56,187 nucleotides of DNA from Blastocatellia bacterium (GTDB taxonomy: Bacteria > Acidobacteriota > Blastocatellia > RBC074), in the NCBI GenBank assembly GCA_046154695.1, contig JBJXFI010000313.1, positions 1 to 56,187 on the forward strand, in the 5' to 3' direction. Under the pieces are notes generated by a model. It was given only the letters and a program-made list of their open reading frames with translations. It was not told the origin of the DNA and did no database searches. This document shows, piece after piece, positions 10,014 through 21,358 of this stretch. Numbering within the stretch: position 1 is the stretch's first letter; each line of letters starts with the position of its first letter. Position numbers and translations under genes: made by a program.

Positions 10014-10646
10014 CTACTTTTTCACGGCCGCCCAGGCGGCCTTTTGCAGCAGTTCCGCTTCCGCGGGCGTGAGCCCCTTCACGTCGCCGGTGGGACGCTC
10101 CCCAAACAGAACGGCGAAGAAGACACAGGCCGCCAGATACGACCCCGCAAGCGTCGGATGGCTCTGGTCCCTGTCGTGCAGCACCGGCTCGCTGTGCTTG
10201 CGAAGGAAGGTCTGCCAGGCAACCCCCGTCGGGACGACCGTCGCGTCGATCTCTTTCCCGATCTCCTCATACGCCCTCGTGAGCGCCTGCTGCGATTCGG
10301 GCGCGTTTTGCCGGGCCCACGTCAGATAGAGCGCGGTCTTCGCGCCGGCTGCCTTGATCTCCTGATCGAAGAGCCGGATGTTTTCGTGCATGCGCGGCGC
10401 GTTCTTGACCGGCAGCGTGCTCTGCTCCTGCAGAACGACGTAATCGTATGATCCCTGCCGGATTGCCTGCCGCGCCTCGCCCTTGTTCCAATGCATGCGC
10501 AGCGAAGCGCCTCCCGCCGAGATCAATCGATGCTCCAGCGTCTTGCCGCGCGTCTCGGCCAGTTGCGCGATGAGGCCGGGAACATCGTTCCGCCCCGTGA
10601 AACTGTTGCCGATGAACAACACCCTGAGATGATTCGCGTTCTTCAT
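10014..10646 (-). CDS. SGNH/GDSL hydrolase-like protein
   Basis: RVLFIGNSFT block I, DYVVLQEQS, and DQSHP (DxxH). Confidence 0.85.
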   Translation of the reverse strand: MKNANHLRVLFIGNSFTGRNDVPGLIAQLAETRGKTLEHRLISAGGASLRMHWNKGEARQAIRQGSYDYVVLQEQSTLPVKNAPRMHENIRLFDQEIKAAGAKTALYLTWARQNAPESQQALTRAYEEIGKEIDATVVPTGVAWQTFLRKHSEPVLHDRDQSHPTLAGSYLAACVFFAVLFGERPTGDVKGLTPAEAELLQKAAWAAVKK

Positions 10647-10706
10647 TTTGAACCCCACCGCCTCGACAGCGACCGGCGCGCCGGCCGCGGTCATGTCCCA
10701 ACGCCG

Positions 10707-12365
10707 TTACTCTTCGGCGCCGGCGGGGGGCAGCCCTCCTTCCCTTTCGTATTGCTCCAACAATTCCACAATCGCGGTATGCCCGCGGCGGGTCGCCCAC
10801 GCAACCGGCGCGGCCCAGGGAGGATCGTCGGGCAGGCTCGGTGTCGCCCCCCGCCGCAGCAGCAGTTCGACCATGCCGATCTGGCCGTATTTTGCGGCCC
10901 AGCCGAGCGGCGTCGAGCATATATCCTCATCGCGCGCGTGCAGATCGGCTCCGTGGTCAATGAAGAGCTCCGCTTTTTCAACATCGCCCTTCCTGGCGAA
11001 TTGATGCAGCGGCGTGACGCCCAGCCAGTTCGGCTGGCTCGGATTCATCCCGTGCTCGAAGAGCAGCTCGTTCAACTCACGCGTCTTTGCGCCGACCGAC
11101 CAATCGGGAAAATTGACGCGGCCCGGCAGGTCCGGCTGGTAGCGAAGCATCAGCCGTACGAACGCCTCCTGCCCCTCGCCCGCGGCATTCGCGAGCGCAT
11201 CGGGATCGTCGGCCATCGAAGGGTTGGCCGCGAAGACCGCGGCTGCCGTCCGCACATCGCCGTAGTACGCAAGAAGATGAACGGCGCGGGCCGCGCCGTA
11301 TGAGCATAGCAGATCGATCATCCGCTCATCGGAGTTCGAGATTGCCCGGCTCAGGGCGTCCGCTGAGCTCTCGACTTCGGGATTCGGATAGGCGCCATGC
11401 GCCAGCAGGAGCTCCGCGATTTCATAATGTCCGTTGGCGGCCGCCGAATACAGCGCATGGCCGCGCGGCGCGATTCCCTCTTCGGGCAGATTCGGGTCGG
11501 CCCCGTGTTCCAGCAGCAGCTTCACAATCTCGATATGCCCTCTGGCGGCGGCGTTTTTCAGCGGAGCCCCGGATCCAAGGTAATAGGTCACATATTCCGA
11601 GACGCGGTTGCCCAGCGACGGGTCCTGATCGAGCAGCTCTCGCACCCGCTCCAGGTCGCCGATATGGCACGCCGTGCAGATGTCGCAGTATGCGCCCCGC
11701 GAACGCAGGTGCGCGAGCGTTTCCGCCGGCGTGGTCGGCCAATCCGCCGGCACATCGCGCCAGCCGCGAAAGGTGTAATCGCCATTCGTGAGATGTATCG
11801 GGCGCGCCCCATCGAATCGCGCCGCGTTGATGTCCACTCCGCGCGCCAGCAGTTCATCGATCATATCGAGCTGCCGCGTCATCACCGCCCAATGAATCGG
11901 CTGATTGGAGCGGCCATCGCCCGCATGCAACAGCTCGGGCGAGGCGTCGAGCAGGCCGCGCACCTTTTCCATATCGCGCTCCCGAATCGCCTCGGCGACG
12001 GCCTCTCCCTTCGGCGACGCCCCCTGCTTGCCGGCGAAATTGGCTTCCAACAGCTTCTCCAGCTCCGCGTATCCCCGGTCGCGCGCGATGTCGAGCAGGC
12101 TTTCGTTGACCGCCAGACTGAGCGGGTCGGCCCCGTAATCGAGCAGGAACGAAGCGACCTCGATCCGGTTCTCCCGCACGGCGAAATAGATCGGCGTCCG
12201 GTAGGCATGATGGCTGCGCACCAGTGATGGATCTTTGCTCACCAGCCGCTTGACGGCGTCCAGGTCTCCGGCAACGCAGGCGCAAAACATCGCCCAGACA
12301 TCGACGCCGATGCCCGCGGCCCACACCAGCGGCTCGTTCTTCTTCAATGCTTTCGGCTGGATCAT
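10707..12365 (-). CDS. Ankyrin-repeat protein
   Basis: Multiple ankyrin repeats ([25 protein letters not shown]...[26 protein letters not shown]). Confidence 0.9.
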   Translation of the reverse strand: MIQPKALKKNEPLVWAAGIGVDVWAMFCACVAGDLDAVKRLVSKDPSLVRSHHAYRTPIYFAVRENRIEVASFLLDYGADPLSLAVNESLLDIARDRGYAELEKLLEANFAGKQGASPKGEAVAEAIRERDMEKVRGLLDASPELLHAGDGRSNQPIHWAVMTRQLDMIDELLARGVDINAARFDGARPIHLTNGDYTFRGWRDVPADWPTTPAETLAHLRSRGAYCDICTACHIGDLERVRELLDQDPSLGNRVSEYVTYYLGSGAPLKNAAARGHIEIVKLLLEHGADPNLPEEGIAPRGHALYSAAANGHYEIAELLLAHGAYPNPEVESSADALSRAISNSDERMIDLLCSYGAARAVHLLAYYGDVRTAAAVFAANPSMADDPDALANAAGEGQEAFVRLMLRYQPDLPGRVNFPDWSVGAKTRELNELLFEHGMNPSQPNWLGVTPLHQFARKGDVEKAELFIDHGADLHARDEDICSTPLGWAAKYGQIGMVELLLRRGATPSLPDDPPWAAPVAWATRRGHTAIVELLEQYEREGGLPPAGAEE

Positions 12366-12685
12366 ACTCCCCTCTCTTTCTTCGCAGCACTCGGTTGGAA
12401 GCTTTTCTCAGCTATCTCCCCCGCGGTGGAAATTCTCGCACAGATGATATTTTTCGCATATGGCCCATTCAAATCGGCATGCGGTTGAGATATTCAATGA
12501 ATCCCCTCACGCCCCGGCGCAAATTTTCAAGATCTTCCCAGCGGACTTCATATTCCGGCCGACATGGAGGATATTGTCGGCATGACCTCCACAAGAGGCC
12601 ATCAGCAACAGAGCAATTTCGCCGCCATCGCCGTTCGTTCATTACTCAATACTGCAACAACCGATTTTTGCAAAAGGAGACTCAC

Positions 12686-14521
12686 ATGAACTCGATGAGA
12701 CGATTCGGGCTTTATATATTGGTGATCGTCGGGATATGCCTGCTGGGGTTGACCTGGCGCGCCGCCGCCGCGAAGATCCGGACGACAGCCGCTGTCCGGG
12801 CCGTTCAGCAGGAGAAGGAAGCGCGCGTTTACATCATTCGCAATGTATTCGACGTGCGGACGCGCTCGGCCATCGCCCGAACGGGCGCCCTGATCATCGA
12901 GGTAGGGCACGATTACATCCTGGTCGAAGCCGTGGATCAGGAGCTGAAGGCGATTCAACAGATCGGCCTCGACATCTCGAAACCGACCGAGACCGAGGCG
13001 CGGATGATGGCGTTCCCGCCCGCCGACTCGAATTATCACGACTACGCCGAGATGGTCGCGGAGATACAGCAGGCGGCGGGCGATCACGCGGCGATCTTCC
13101 AGCTCTTCAGCCTCGGCCAGACCTATGAGGGCCGCGCTGTCTGGGCGGGCAAGATCTCGGACAACGTCACGCTGGACGAGAATGAACCCGAGGTGTTGTT
13201 CACGCATCACCAGCACGCGCGCGAACATTTGACGGTCGAGATGGCACTTTACACGCTGAAGATGCTGACCGACGAATACGGCGTGACGCAGCAGATCACT
13301 GACCTGGTAAACAACCGGGAAATATGGATCGTCTTCGATGTGAACCCGGATGGCGGCGAGTACGACCACGCCACCGGCACGTATCAATCGTGGCGCAAGA
13401 ATCGCCAGCCCAACTCCGGCTCGTCCGCTGTGGGCACGGACCTGAACCGCAACTGGGACTACCGGTGGGGATGTTGCGGCGGCAGCAGCGGCTCGACGAG
13501 CAGCTCAACCTATCGCGGTCCCGCGACGTTCTCGGCCCCGGAAACCTCCCTCGTGCGCGACTTCGTCAACAGCCGCGTCATCGACGGCAAGCAGCAGATC
13601 ACGGCAGCCATCGACTTTCACACCTACAGCGAGCTGATCCTCTGGCCGATGGGCTACACGATGACCGATGTGCCCGCCGATATGAGCCAGGACGATCACG
13701 ACGCACTGGCGGCGATGGGCCAGGCGATGGCCGCGACCAACGGCTACACGCCGGAACAGGCCAGCGACCTGTACATCACCGACGGCACGATCAACGACTG
13801 GCTCTACGGCGCGCATCGGATTTTGAACTACACCTTCGAGATGTATCCGAAGACCTCGGCGGGAGGCGGCTTCTATCCGCCGGATGAGGTGATCCCGGCG
13901 GAGACGGCCCGCAACCGAAGCGCGGTTTTGTATCTGCTCGAGAAGGCCGGCTGTCCGTACAGCGTGATCGGAAAGGACGCGCAATACTGCTCCCCCGTGA
14001 CCACGGGCTGGTATAGCCCGGCCGCCAACGCGGCGGTGACCAGCGGCGCGGGCGACAACAACGGGTTTGAGGTCGGCGCGGCCAACGCCGGCGCCAACGA
14101 CAACCTGTACGCGGTGGACAACAACAGCGGCACCAACACCAGCACCTCCTGCACCGCCGCCACCAAGGACAGCCACCGCTTCTCCGGCTACGGGATCAGC
14201 ATTCCCAGCAGCGCGACGATTCAGGGCATCGAGCTTCGGCTGAACTCGAAGGTGGACAGCACGAGCGGAGCGCCGCGGTTTTGCGTCCAGTTGTCATGGG
14301 ACGGCGGCGTGACGTGGACGACGACCAAATCCTCGGCCACGCTCTCAACGGCTGAAACCACCTATATCCTCGGCGGAGTGATCGACACCTGGGGCCGGAC
14401 CTGGAGCAGCGGCGATTTCAACGACGCCAACTTCCGCGTGCGCCTGACCAGCGTCGCCAGCAACACCTCGCGCGACTTCTCGCTCGACTGGGTGGCGATA
14501 CGCGTAAGGTACCTGTTATAG
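12686..14521 (+). CDS. Secreted M14 zinc carboxypeptidase (carboxypeptidase T-like) with a C-terminal Ser/Thr-rich beta domain
   Basis: AAGGAG RBS before ATG 12686; signal peptide; HARE zinc motif, WRKNR, DLNRN, DFHTYSE, FEMYP. Confidence 0.9.
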   Translation: MNSMRRFGLYILVIVGICLLGLTWRAAAAKIRTTAAVRAVQQEKEARVYIIRNVFDVRTRSAIARTGALIIEVGHDYILVEAVDQELKAIQQIGLDISKPTETEARMMAFPPADSNYHDYAEMVAEIQQAAGDHAAIFQLFSLGQTYEGRAVWAGKISDNVTLDENEPEVLFTHHQHAREHLTVEMALYTLKMLTDEYGVTQQITDLVNNREIWIVFDVNPDGGEYDHATGTYQSWRKNRQPNSGSSAVGTDLNRNWDYRWGCCGGSSGSTSSSTYRGPATFSAPETSLVRDFVNSRVIDGKQQITAAIDFHTYSELILWPMGYTMTDVPADMSQDDHDALAAMGQAMAATNGYTPEQASDLYITDGTINDWLYGAHRILNYTFEMYPKTSAGGGFYPPDEVIPAETARNRSAVLYLLEKAGCPYSVIGKDAQYCSPVTTGWYSPAANAAVTSGAGDNNGFEVGAANAGANDNLYAVDNNSGTNTSTSCTAATKDSHRFSGYGISIPSSATIQGIELRLNSKVDSTSGAPRFCVQLSWDGGVTWTTTKSSATLSTAETTYILGGVIDTWGRTWSSGDFNDANFRVRLTSVASNTSRDFSLDWVAIRVRYLL

Positions 14522-14535
14522 GGTCGGATCGGGGA

Positions 14536-14578
14536 TTGGCTGAGAGGGCGTATCCAACCGATAGGCCCTCTCAGCCAA
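14536..14578. terminator. Strong hairpin between convergent genes (probable terminator)
   Basis: Perfect 14-bp arms TTGGCTGAGAGGGC / GCCCTCTCAGCCAA; no clear U-tract. Confidence 0.55.
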
Positions 14579-14610
14579 CACAAGGGTAGGAAGAAACCCC
14601 GGGGACGGGA

Positions 14611-15021
14611 TCAATTCTTGCTCTTTTTTCCTTCCGCCTTACCGGCCTTCATCGCTTTCACCGGATTGATCACGACGGAGAACCGGCAATCCGCGCAGGT
14701 GCCGATACAAACCAGCACCTCCTTTTCGATCGAGACCGAGCATGTGCCTGCGCCCTGGCCCTGGCAGGTGCAGCTGAACGAGCCGGTGATATTGTTGTTG
14801 GCGCGCCGCACGGCGACGGAGTTGTTGGACTGCTTGTCGAACGTATACCCGGACTTCAACGTCGCTTTGTTGTCGCCCTGAATAATCGCCCCTTCCGGCG
14901 CCTTCCTTGTTTTCGCCGGCGGGGGGGAACTCTCTTTTTCACCCTTCTTCTTTTGGGCGGCAGCCGGGGTCGCCAAAATCAGAAGCATGACAGCGAAGAG
15001 CGATAGCAGAATGCGTTTCAT
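14611..15021 (-). CDS. Small secreted basic protein with a six-Cys domain
   Basis: GAGGAA RBS-like sequence; signal peptide ending AAA-Q; CTC-x7-C-x10-C-x3-C-x2-C. Confidence 0.75.
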   Translation of the reverse strand: MKRILLSLFAVMLLILATPAAAQKKKGEKESSPPPAKTRKAPEGAIIQGDNKATLKSGYTFDKQSNNSVAVRRANNNITGSFSCTCQGQGAGTCSVSIEKEVLVCIGTCADCRFSVVINPVKAMKAGKAEGKKSKN

Positions 15022-15097
15022 CGTTTTGTTCCTCCTCGATCAGTTTTGGGGGGACCACAGTCTAATACGTTTTCAGAGAAGATTAGGAAACTTCCTT

Positions 15098-16408
15098 TTA
15101 AAATAGCTCCTCGATCACTTTGCCGCCATTGACGATCTTGACGGGCCGGCCGATGGGAGTGTGATATTCCCGGGTCGTATCTATGCCGAGTCGATTGTAG
15201 ATGGTGGTCAGCAAATCCTCGACCTGAACCGCTTTCTCCCTGACCTCTGACGCAGTGGCATCGGAGGCGCCGATCACCTGTCCGCCACGCACCCCGGCGC
15301 CCGCGAAGCAGACGGTGAAGACTTTCGACCAGTGGTCCCGCCCGGCATCACTGTTGATCTTCGGCGTGCGCCCGAACTCTCCCATCAGCACCACCAATGT
15401 GCGGTCGAGCAATCCCCGCTGATGCAGATCCTCCAGCAAGGCGGCGTAAGCCCGATCCATCTCAGGCAGGAGCGCTTTCTGCAGGGTGTTGAAGTTATTG
15501 CCGTGAGTGTCCCAATTGAGCCACCCTTTGGCCACGGTCACAAAACGCACCCCGGACTCGACCAGCCGGCGGGCGAGCAAACAACCCTGCCCCACGGGAG
15601 TGCGGCCGTATTGATTGCGAACCGATTCCGGCTCCTCTTCGATGTCGAAAGCCTTCTTCGCCCGCGGCGAATTCATCAGGTCGTAAGCGCGGGCGTAAAA
15701 ATCATCGATGGTCGCGGCCTCGTTGCCGGCATCAATCCGCCGGAAGCGCTGATCCACCATTTGTAAGAGCCAGCGCCGGCGGTCCACCCGCTGCCAATCG
15801 ACGTCGAGCGGAAGCTTGAGATCCCGCACCTGATACCCTTTCACATTGGGGTCCCCGGCGATGAATGGGTTATACGCTCCGCCCAGGAAGCCGGCGCCAT
15901 AGGAAGGAAAGGTATTCGGGATCGCCACGTAGGGCGGCATGTCATGGCGCGGCCCCAGTTCTTTCGAGACGACCGATCCGAGGCTTGGGAACTCGATCGT
16001 TTGGAGTGGCAGGTAGCCGGTGAGCAGGTAGTTGATCGCCCGCTCGTGGTCGGGTTCGCGCGAGGTGACGGAACGGATGATGGCATACTTGTCCGTCTGC
16101 CGCGCGGTGTGCGGCAGATGCTCGCAAATCTGAATGCCCGGCACGTTGGTGGAGATGGGCTTGAACGGCCCTCGAATTTCCGCCGGAGCATCGGGCTTCA
16201 TGTCAAACGTGTCAAGATGCGAAGCTCCGCCACTCTGCCAGAGGAGAATGCAGGAGATGTCGGGCTCGCCTTTTTCCGCCGCCTCGACCGATCTGAGCTC
16301 GAGGAAATCCCGCAAGCCGAGGCCGAGGAAACCAAGGGCGCCGGCTTGAATGAAATCTCTTCGCCCGAAGAGCGAATGTGACGCACAAGCATGCTCTCTT
16401 TTACTCAT
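15098..16408 (-). CDS. DUF1501 domain protein with a Tat-like signal
   Basis: GRRDFIQAG; GGASHLDTFDMKP; CLLARRLVESGVRFV; WDTH; GEFGRTP; GRDHW. Start at ATG 16408 after GAGGA. Confidence 0.92.
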   Translation of the reverse strand: MSKREHACASHSLFGRRDFIQAGALGFLGLGLRDFLELRSVEAAEKGEPDISCILLWQSGGASHLDTFDMKPDAPAEIRGPFKPISTNVPGIQICEHLPHTARQTDKYAIIRSVTSREPDHERAINYLLTGYLPLQTIEFPSLGSVVSKELGPRHDMPPYVAIPNTFPSYGAGFLGGAYNPFIAGDPNVKGYQVRDLKLPLDVDWQRVDRRRWLLQMVDQRFRRIDAGNEAATIDDFYARAYDLMNSPRAKKAFDIEEEPESVRNQYGRTPVGQGCLLARRLVESGVRFVTVAKGWLNWDTHGNNFNTLQKALLPEMDRAYAALLEDLHQRGLLDRTLVVLMGEFGRTPKINSDAGRDHWSKVFTVCFAGAGVRGGQVIGASDATASEVREKAVQVEDLLTTIYNRLGIDTTREYHTPIGRPVKIVNGGKVIEELF

Positions 16409-16445
16409 CTTATCCTCTATAGCCATGGTGGCCAGGCCGCACTCT

Positions 16446-18953
16446 TCAGTGATTGAAGAGGAACTCCTTGCTATTGAGCAAGGCCCAAAGCAAATCCTCA
16501 TACCCTTCGCGCGGCGAGGGAGCCTGGCTGATGCCCTGCTGCGCCAGTTGCGCCTCTTCATTTTTGGGGAAACGCGACAACGTTCCCAGATACAGCTCTT
16601 CGATAATCTCGCGGCTGCTCTTCCCCGATTTGATGAGCCTCTCGATCAAGCCGTTCTCGGCCCGGATCTTTTGATTGAGGGTGTCGCCGCTGACGAAATG
16701 CATGATCTGCATCACGCTGGTCGTCTGCTTGCGCTCGCAAACAGTCTCGCGAGTGGCCCGGTCGAAGACATCCAGGAAATAGGAGGGAACCTTCGGGTCG
16801 GGCAGTTGGGCGGCCCGCGTCCCGAGATGGAAGCCCGGAAACTTCTCCGGCACCCCGGTCACCCGGCAGATCCCGTCGAGCAATTCCTCGGCGTTGAGCC
16901 GTTTGAGATAAAAGCGCGAGTGGAACTGCTTGTCCTCCTTGTTCGTTCCGTTCGGCTCCGCGGAGAGTTGATAGACCCGCGCTCCCGCGATCATCCGGAA
17001 GAGGTGCTTAAGATCGTACTTGTGCCGGATGAAATCCTCGGCCAGCGCGGCGAGCAGCGCCTCGTTGGTCGGCGGGTTCGTCACGCGGAAATCATCCACG
17101 GGCTCGACCAGACCGCGCCCCATGAAATGTTTCCAGAGGCGGTTGACGATGGCCCTGGCGAAGAAGGGATTCGTCGGCGCGGTCATCCAGTCCGCCAGGA
17201 CTTCCCTGCGGTCCCGGCCCGGCTCCACCTTGACCGGCTGGCCGCCGAGGAATTCCGGCGCAACCGGCTGCTTGTTCTTCGGATGCGTCAACTCCCGCCC
17301 GATATCGAGGTACAACACGCGTTCATTTTGCCGAATGCGATTTTTATGGCGCACCTGCGAGAAGAAGGCGGCCATGCCTAAAAAGTCGTCCTGTTTCCAT
17401 TTTTCGAAGGGATGGTCGTGGCAGCGGGCACATTCCAGACTGACGCCGAGGAACACCTGGCTCGTCGTCGTCGCCATCTCCTCAGCCTTCTTCATCAGCG
17501 GATAGTAGCCGGTCGGCGCAACCTCGTAGAGCCCGCCCGTGGCGGTGATGAGGTCTCTGGCAAACTGATCGTAAGGCAGGTTCCGCGCCATCGCCTCGCG
17601 CAGCCACTGTTGGAAGAAGAAGGTTCCTTTCTCGTAAAGAAACTGCCGCGAATTCGAGAGCCTGTCACTCCAGTAAAGGCCCCAGAAATCCGCGTATTCC
17701 GGCCTCTCGAGCAGCTCATCAACAATTCGCGCTCGCTTATTCGGGTCTCGGCTGGCCAAAAATTTCCGCGCTTCCTCCGCCGTCGGCAACACCCCGATCA
17801 GGTCGAGGTGCGCGCGGCGCAGGAATTCCTCATCCGCGCATAGCTCGGAAGGAACGATGTTAAGCCGCCTGAGCTTGCCAAAAACAAGCTCGTCGATGAA
17901 GTTATGCCGCGGCACGCTCGGGTAACTGCGCACCGGGGGGCTGAGCACCACGCCAACATTCGCGGCTGTCACCTGGTCCAGAGAGCGTACGAGGATGGCC
18001 GCTTCTCCGCTGAGCCTGGCCGCGACCAGCCCGTCAGCCGAGACTGTGGCGATCGAGTCATCGTTCGACTGATAGCGCACCTTGCGGGTGACATCGGCCG
18101 TCGTGCCGTCGGCGTAGTGAGCCAGGACGACCAATTGCTGCATCGCGTCCGCGCTCAAGAGAACCCGCTCCCGTGGAATGACCTCGAGGCGAACCATCTT
18201 TGATTCGTTGGCGCCGCCCGCCGGCGCACCGGATTCGATCCACTCTTTGAGCGTCTGATATTCGAGAGAATCAGGCGCAAACCGTTTTCCCCCGCCGTGG
18301 CGAACGCTCTCGGTGGGTTTGAGCAGGATGAGGCTTCTGGCGGGCTCGGCGCGATTGATTCTCCGTCCCTCAAACGCCTCAACCACTGCCTTGTAATCGG
18401 CTTCCGGCTCATAGCCGAAGAGCGAGAGCTTGAACCCGCCCTGGCCGTTGAGCGCGCCGTGGCAATTGGTATTGCTGCACCCCATTCGGGCGAAGATCGG
18501 CGCAATGTCGTTGACGAAGCTGATGACGCGCTTTTGGTCCGCAAACTGGACGCGAACAGCCTGGCGCGCGCCGAGGCGCCCCACTTTTGCAGTGATCCAG
18601 GCCATGCCGTTTTTGATCGCCTTAACCGTCCCGCCCGTGTCAACCGTCGCTACCGCCGGGTCGCTCGATTTGAAAGAGGCCTGGCGGGTCAGGTCCCGCA
18701 AACTTCCATCAGAATACTCTCCGGTGACGATCAGCGTCTGAGTGAGGTGCGCGCCGAAGATGAGCGGGTTTGGCGGCTCCAGCACGACGCGCACCAGAGT
18801 AGCGCCGCGCTCGCCGGCGGGTCTTTGCCCTATGGCTCCGGTGCCGGGCATCATCTGGCTGAAAGCTCCGAGGGAGGCTGCCAGCAGGATCACCCTCTTT
18901 GCCAGGCGTGCGACGCCCTTCCCGTTCGTTTTGCTTACCCAATGCCGCTGCAT
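16446..18953 (-). CDS. DUF1549/DUF1553 protein with Ig-like (Big_2) domains
   Basis: SFVNDIAP...GC...CHG; NFIDELV; EFLRRAHLDL; CARCHDHP (CxxCH); NPFFARAIVNRLW; terminal EFLFNH. Confidence 0.9.
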   Translation of the reverse strand: MQRHWVSKTNGKGVARLAKRVILLAASLGAFSQMMPGTGAIGQRPAGERGATLVRVVLEPPNPLIFGAHLTQTLIVTGEYSDGSLRDLTRQASFKSSDPAVATVDTGGTVKAIKNGMAWITAKVGRLGARQAVRVQFADQKRVISFVNDIAPIFARMGCSNTNCHGALNGQGGFKLSLFGYEPEADYKAVVEAFEGRRINRAEPARSLILLKPTESVRHGGGKRFAPDSLEYQTLKEWIESGAPAGGANESKMVRLEVIPRERVLLSADAMQQLVVLAHYADGTTADVTRKVRYQSNDDSIATVSADGLVAARLSGEAAILVRSLDQVTAANVGVVLSPPVRSYPSVPRHNFIDELVFGKLRRLNIVPSELCADEEFLRRAHLDLIGVLPTAEEARKFLASRDPNKRARIVDELLERPEYADFWGLYWSDRLSNSRQFLYEKGTFFFQQWLREAMARNLPYDQFARDLITATGGLYEVAPTGYYPLMKKAEEMATTTSQVFLGVSLECARCHDHPFEKWKQDDFLGMAAFFSQVRHKNRIRQNERVLYLDIGRELTHPKNKQPVAPEFLGGQPVKVEPGRDRREVLADWMTAPTNPFFARAIVNRLWKHFMGRGLVEPVDDFRVTNPPTNEALLAALAEDFIRHKYDLKHLFRMIAGARVYQLSAEPNGTNKEDKQFHSRFYLKRLNAEELLDGICRVTGVPEKFPGFHLGTRAAQLPDPKVPSYFLDVFDRATRETVCERKQTTSVMQIMHFVSGDTLNQKIRAENGLIERLIKSGKSSREIIEELYLGTLSRFPKNEEAQLAQQGISQAPSPREGYEDLLWALLNSKEFLFNH

Positions 18954-19034
18954 TTTGAATCGCCTCTTTACCGGTATGGTCGGGAATACTGTCAGGTTTA
19001 GCGGGGGACAGCTTATCGGCTCTCAATGGCGTTT

Positions 19035-21164
19035 TCAATCAATTTTCAGAGTAATCCTGGGAGCTTGCTCAATCTCCAGGCGATCGCCGACTCTGGCCTG
19101 ACCCACAATCGCCACGTTTAGGTATCGGCCAACTTTGGCCGCCTCATTCGCTTTGAGCTTAACTACCGCATGGTTCCCGTCATCGCCGATCTCGACCTCT
19201 TCGGCCGTGACGCCTGGGGGTAGATTTTCGACCACGAGGGCAATCGCCGCTTTGAATCCCTCCCGCCGCTTCGCCGTTACCGTGAACTCCGCGCTGCCGC
19301 CGCGAACCAGCGGCACCTGCGTGGCGCCGGCTTCGAGATTGAAATGAACCGGCTCCGTGATCGCCAATGGCACTTCGACAACCTGGGCGGTGGTAAACCC
19401 CGGCCCAATGCCGGAGACTCTCACCTGCGTCTTAGCTATTTGGGCCATTTGGGCCATTTGGGCCATTTGGGCCAATTGCCCGACACCCTGACCGTTGATC
19501 TTCGCCTCTCCAACAACTTTGATGGGGAATACCTCAGGGACAGCTCCGCTTTCGCATTTCAAGGGAATCGAGGTTTGCGTCTCCCCTTTTTTAATCACCG
19601 CCGGGCTGGCGGTGATCGTCTTCGGCAGTCCCAGGACATTCAGCGCAATCTCCCCGTCGAATTCTTCCCATCGCCTGGCGGTGATCTTCAGCGTCCCGGC
19701 GCCGCCTCGCTCGACAATCGGCCGATCCGTATCGAAACTGAGGGAGAAACCCGGCGCGGGCTTTCTGATGGTCAGCCGGTATCCGTAGTCCGGGCCGCCG
19801 AGCCGCGACAGGTCGCGAATCGCCAGAGAATAATCGCCCGCTTCTTTGAAAGAAAATTCCAGCCTCGCGTCACGGTTGAGCCGGTTGCCCGGGTCCGCGT
19901 CATCATTGTTCGCCAGCTCGCCGCCTTTATCGTTGTAGAGAGTCAGGTGCGCGTCCAGGGGCGAGCCCAGCTCTTCCGCTTTCACCTCGAAGACCAGTTT
20001 CTCGCCCGCTCCGGCCGTGAAGGCAAACTGATCCATCTCGCCTCTTCTCTCGATCCGGCCATTGATCGTCGCCGGAATGGCTGTGCGCCGCATTTTGCCG
20101 GGCGCAACGTTCGGCTCCGCCTCGAGCGATTCCGGCAGATTGCCGACGAGGAACTTGACCGGGTTAGACCATCCGGCCCTGGTCCACAGGCGCAAGTGAT
20201 AGACGCCGAGTGAGGCGTCTTTGGCGACGTTCACCCGAACGGTCGCCGCATCCGCGGTGGAGTTGAAGGCGGCAACCTCCAGCCCCTGACCCATGCCGTG
20301 CTCGACCTCGATCCGCTCCGCTCCAGAGAGCATCTGCCCGCGCAGCAACAGCTCAGGAGAAGTCCCCTGCTGCGCGCCCAGAGGGAAAACCGAAGCGAGA
20401 TAAGGTCCCGGCCTGATCGTCAACTGGTACGCGAAATCAGGGCTGCCCCGGCCGTCCAGCGGCCTGATCACCAGGAAGTATTCTCCGGCTTCCTTGAAGG
20501 TGAAACTGATGAACGGATCCCAGAGAAAGTGATCCTCACTATGCCTGACAATGTTTCCGCGCGCGTCGAGCAGCGTCAGGGCCAGATCGCCGCCCGACCC
20601 GTTCCTCGCGGCCAGCAGGTCGAAGATCAGGCCCTCTCCGGCCTCGGCTTTGAGGAGATACATATCAATGTCCTCATCCTCCGCCATACGAGCATTGATC
20701 GTCACCGGCGCCTGGATCCGGTTGGCCTTCTCGAACGTATCGTTTGGCTCAGCCTCTTCTGTTTCGAGCAGATCCCCGACCCTGAAGATCATCAGGTTCG
20801 AGCTGCCGCGAGGCGTGACAAGGCGAAAATAGTGGGGACCGATGGAGGCCTGCGTGGAAACCTCAAGCATGACCCGTACCCGGGTGGTCGCGGTCTTGAG
20901 CAGGCGAGCCGACACGCCGGGCTCGCTAAAAATGATCCTCGTCGTCCCGGAAAGGTTCTGGCCGTTGATGGCAACTTCCAAATGAGAGCCACCGCGCGCG
21001 CCTTGCGGGAAGACCGAGCTGATCTGCGGCGGGTTGTTCTTCACCTCATCTTTGGCGGCGACCCGGCTCTCGTTGTTTCCCATAAAGAGAGCCAGGAGAA
21101 GCACAAAGTAAGCGTGCCGGACAGGGGTGCGAATATGAAAACGTTGGGTGACTGTTTCTCTCAT
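19035..21164 (-). CDS. PPC (pre-peptidase C-terminal) domain surface protein of the DUF1501/DUF1549 operon
   Basis: SSVFPQGARGG, EAEPNDT, TINGRIE...D, GSPLDAHLTL, NDD, YRLTI repeats. Confidence 0.8.
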   Translation of the reverse strand: MRETVTQRFHIRTPVRHAYFVLLLALFMGNNESRVAAKDEVKNNPPQISSVFPQGARGGSHLEVAINGQNLSGTTRIIFSEPGVSARLLKTATTRVRVMLEVSTQASIGPHYFRLVTPRGSSNLMIFRVGDLLETEEAEPNDTFEKANRIQAPVTINARMAEDEDIDMYLLKAEAGEGLIFDLLAARNGSGGDLALTLLDARGNIVRHSEDHFLWDPFISFTFKEAGEYFLVIRPLDGRGSPDFAYQLTIRPGPYLASVFPLGAQQGTSPELLLRGQMLSGAERIEVEHGMGQGLEVAAFNSTADAATVRVNVAKDASLGVYHLRLWTRAGWSNPVKFLVGNLPESLEAEPNVAPGKMRRTAIPATINGRIERRGEMDQFAFTAGAGEKLVFEVKAEELGSPLDAHLTLYNDKGGELANNDDADPGNRLNRDARLEFSFKEAGDYSLAIRDLSRLGGPDYGYRLTIRKPAPGFSLSFDTDRPIVERGGAGTLKITARRWEEFDGEIALNVLGLPKTITASPAVIKKGETQTSIPLKCESGAVPEVFPIKVVGEAKINGQGVGQLAQMAQMAQMAQIAKTQVRVSGIGPGFTTAQVVEVPLAITEPVHFNLEAGATQVPLVRGGSAEFTVTAKRREGFKAAIALVVENLPPGVTAEEVEIGDDGNHAVVKLKANEAAKVGRYLNVAIVGQARVGDRLEIEQAPRITLKID
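19438..19473. repeat. In-frame 9-nt tandem repeat (ATTTGGGCC)x4 encoding AQM-AQM-AQM-AQI
   Basis: Seen directly in the sequence. Confidence 0.9.
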
Positions 21165-21358
21165 GGTTTCTCGATGATGGTGTCTTTGAATGCGCCTGTT
21201 AACGATTTTCAGCGATTACTATGGCCCGCGCAAGCTTGATCCGGGCTTTACTTTAATGGAGGGGTGTGCGTATGTTTCTTCGGAACGCAAAAACGAGCTG
21301 ACTGTCAAAAGTGAAAGTATCTCACATTTGATCGCACACGTTTCGAAAGGCAGGCAGG

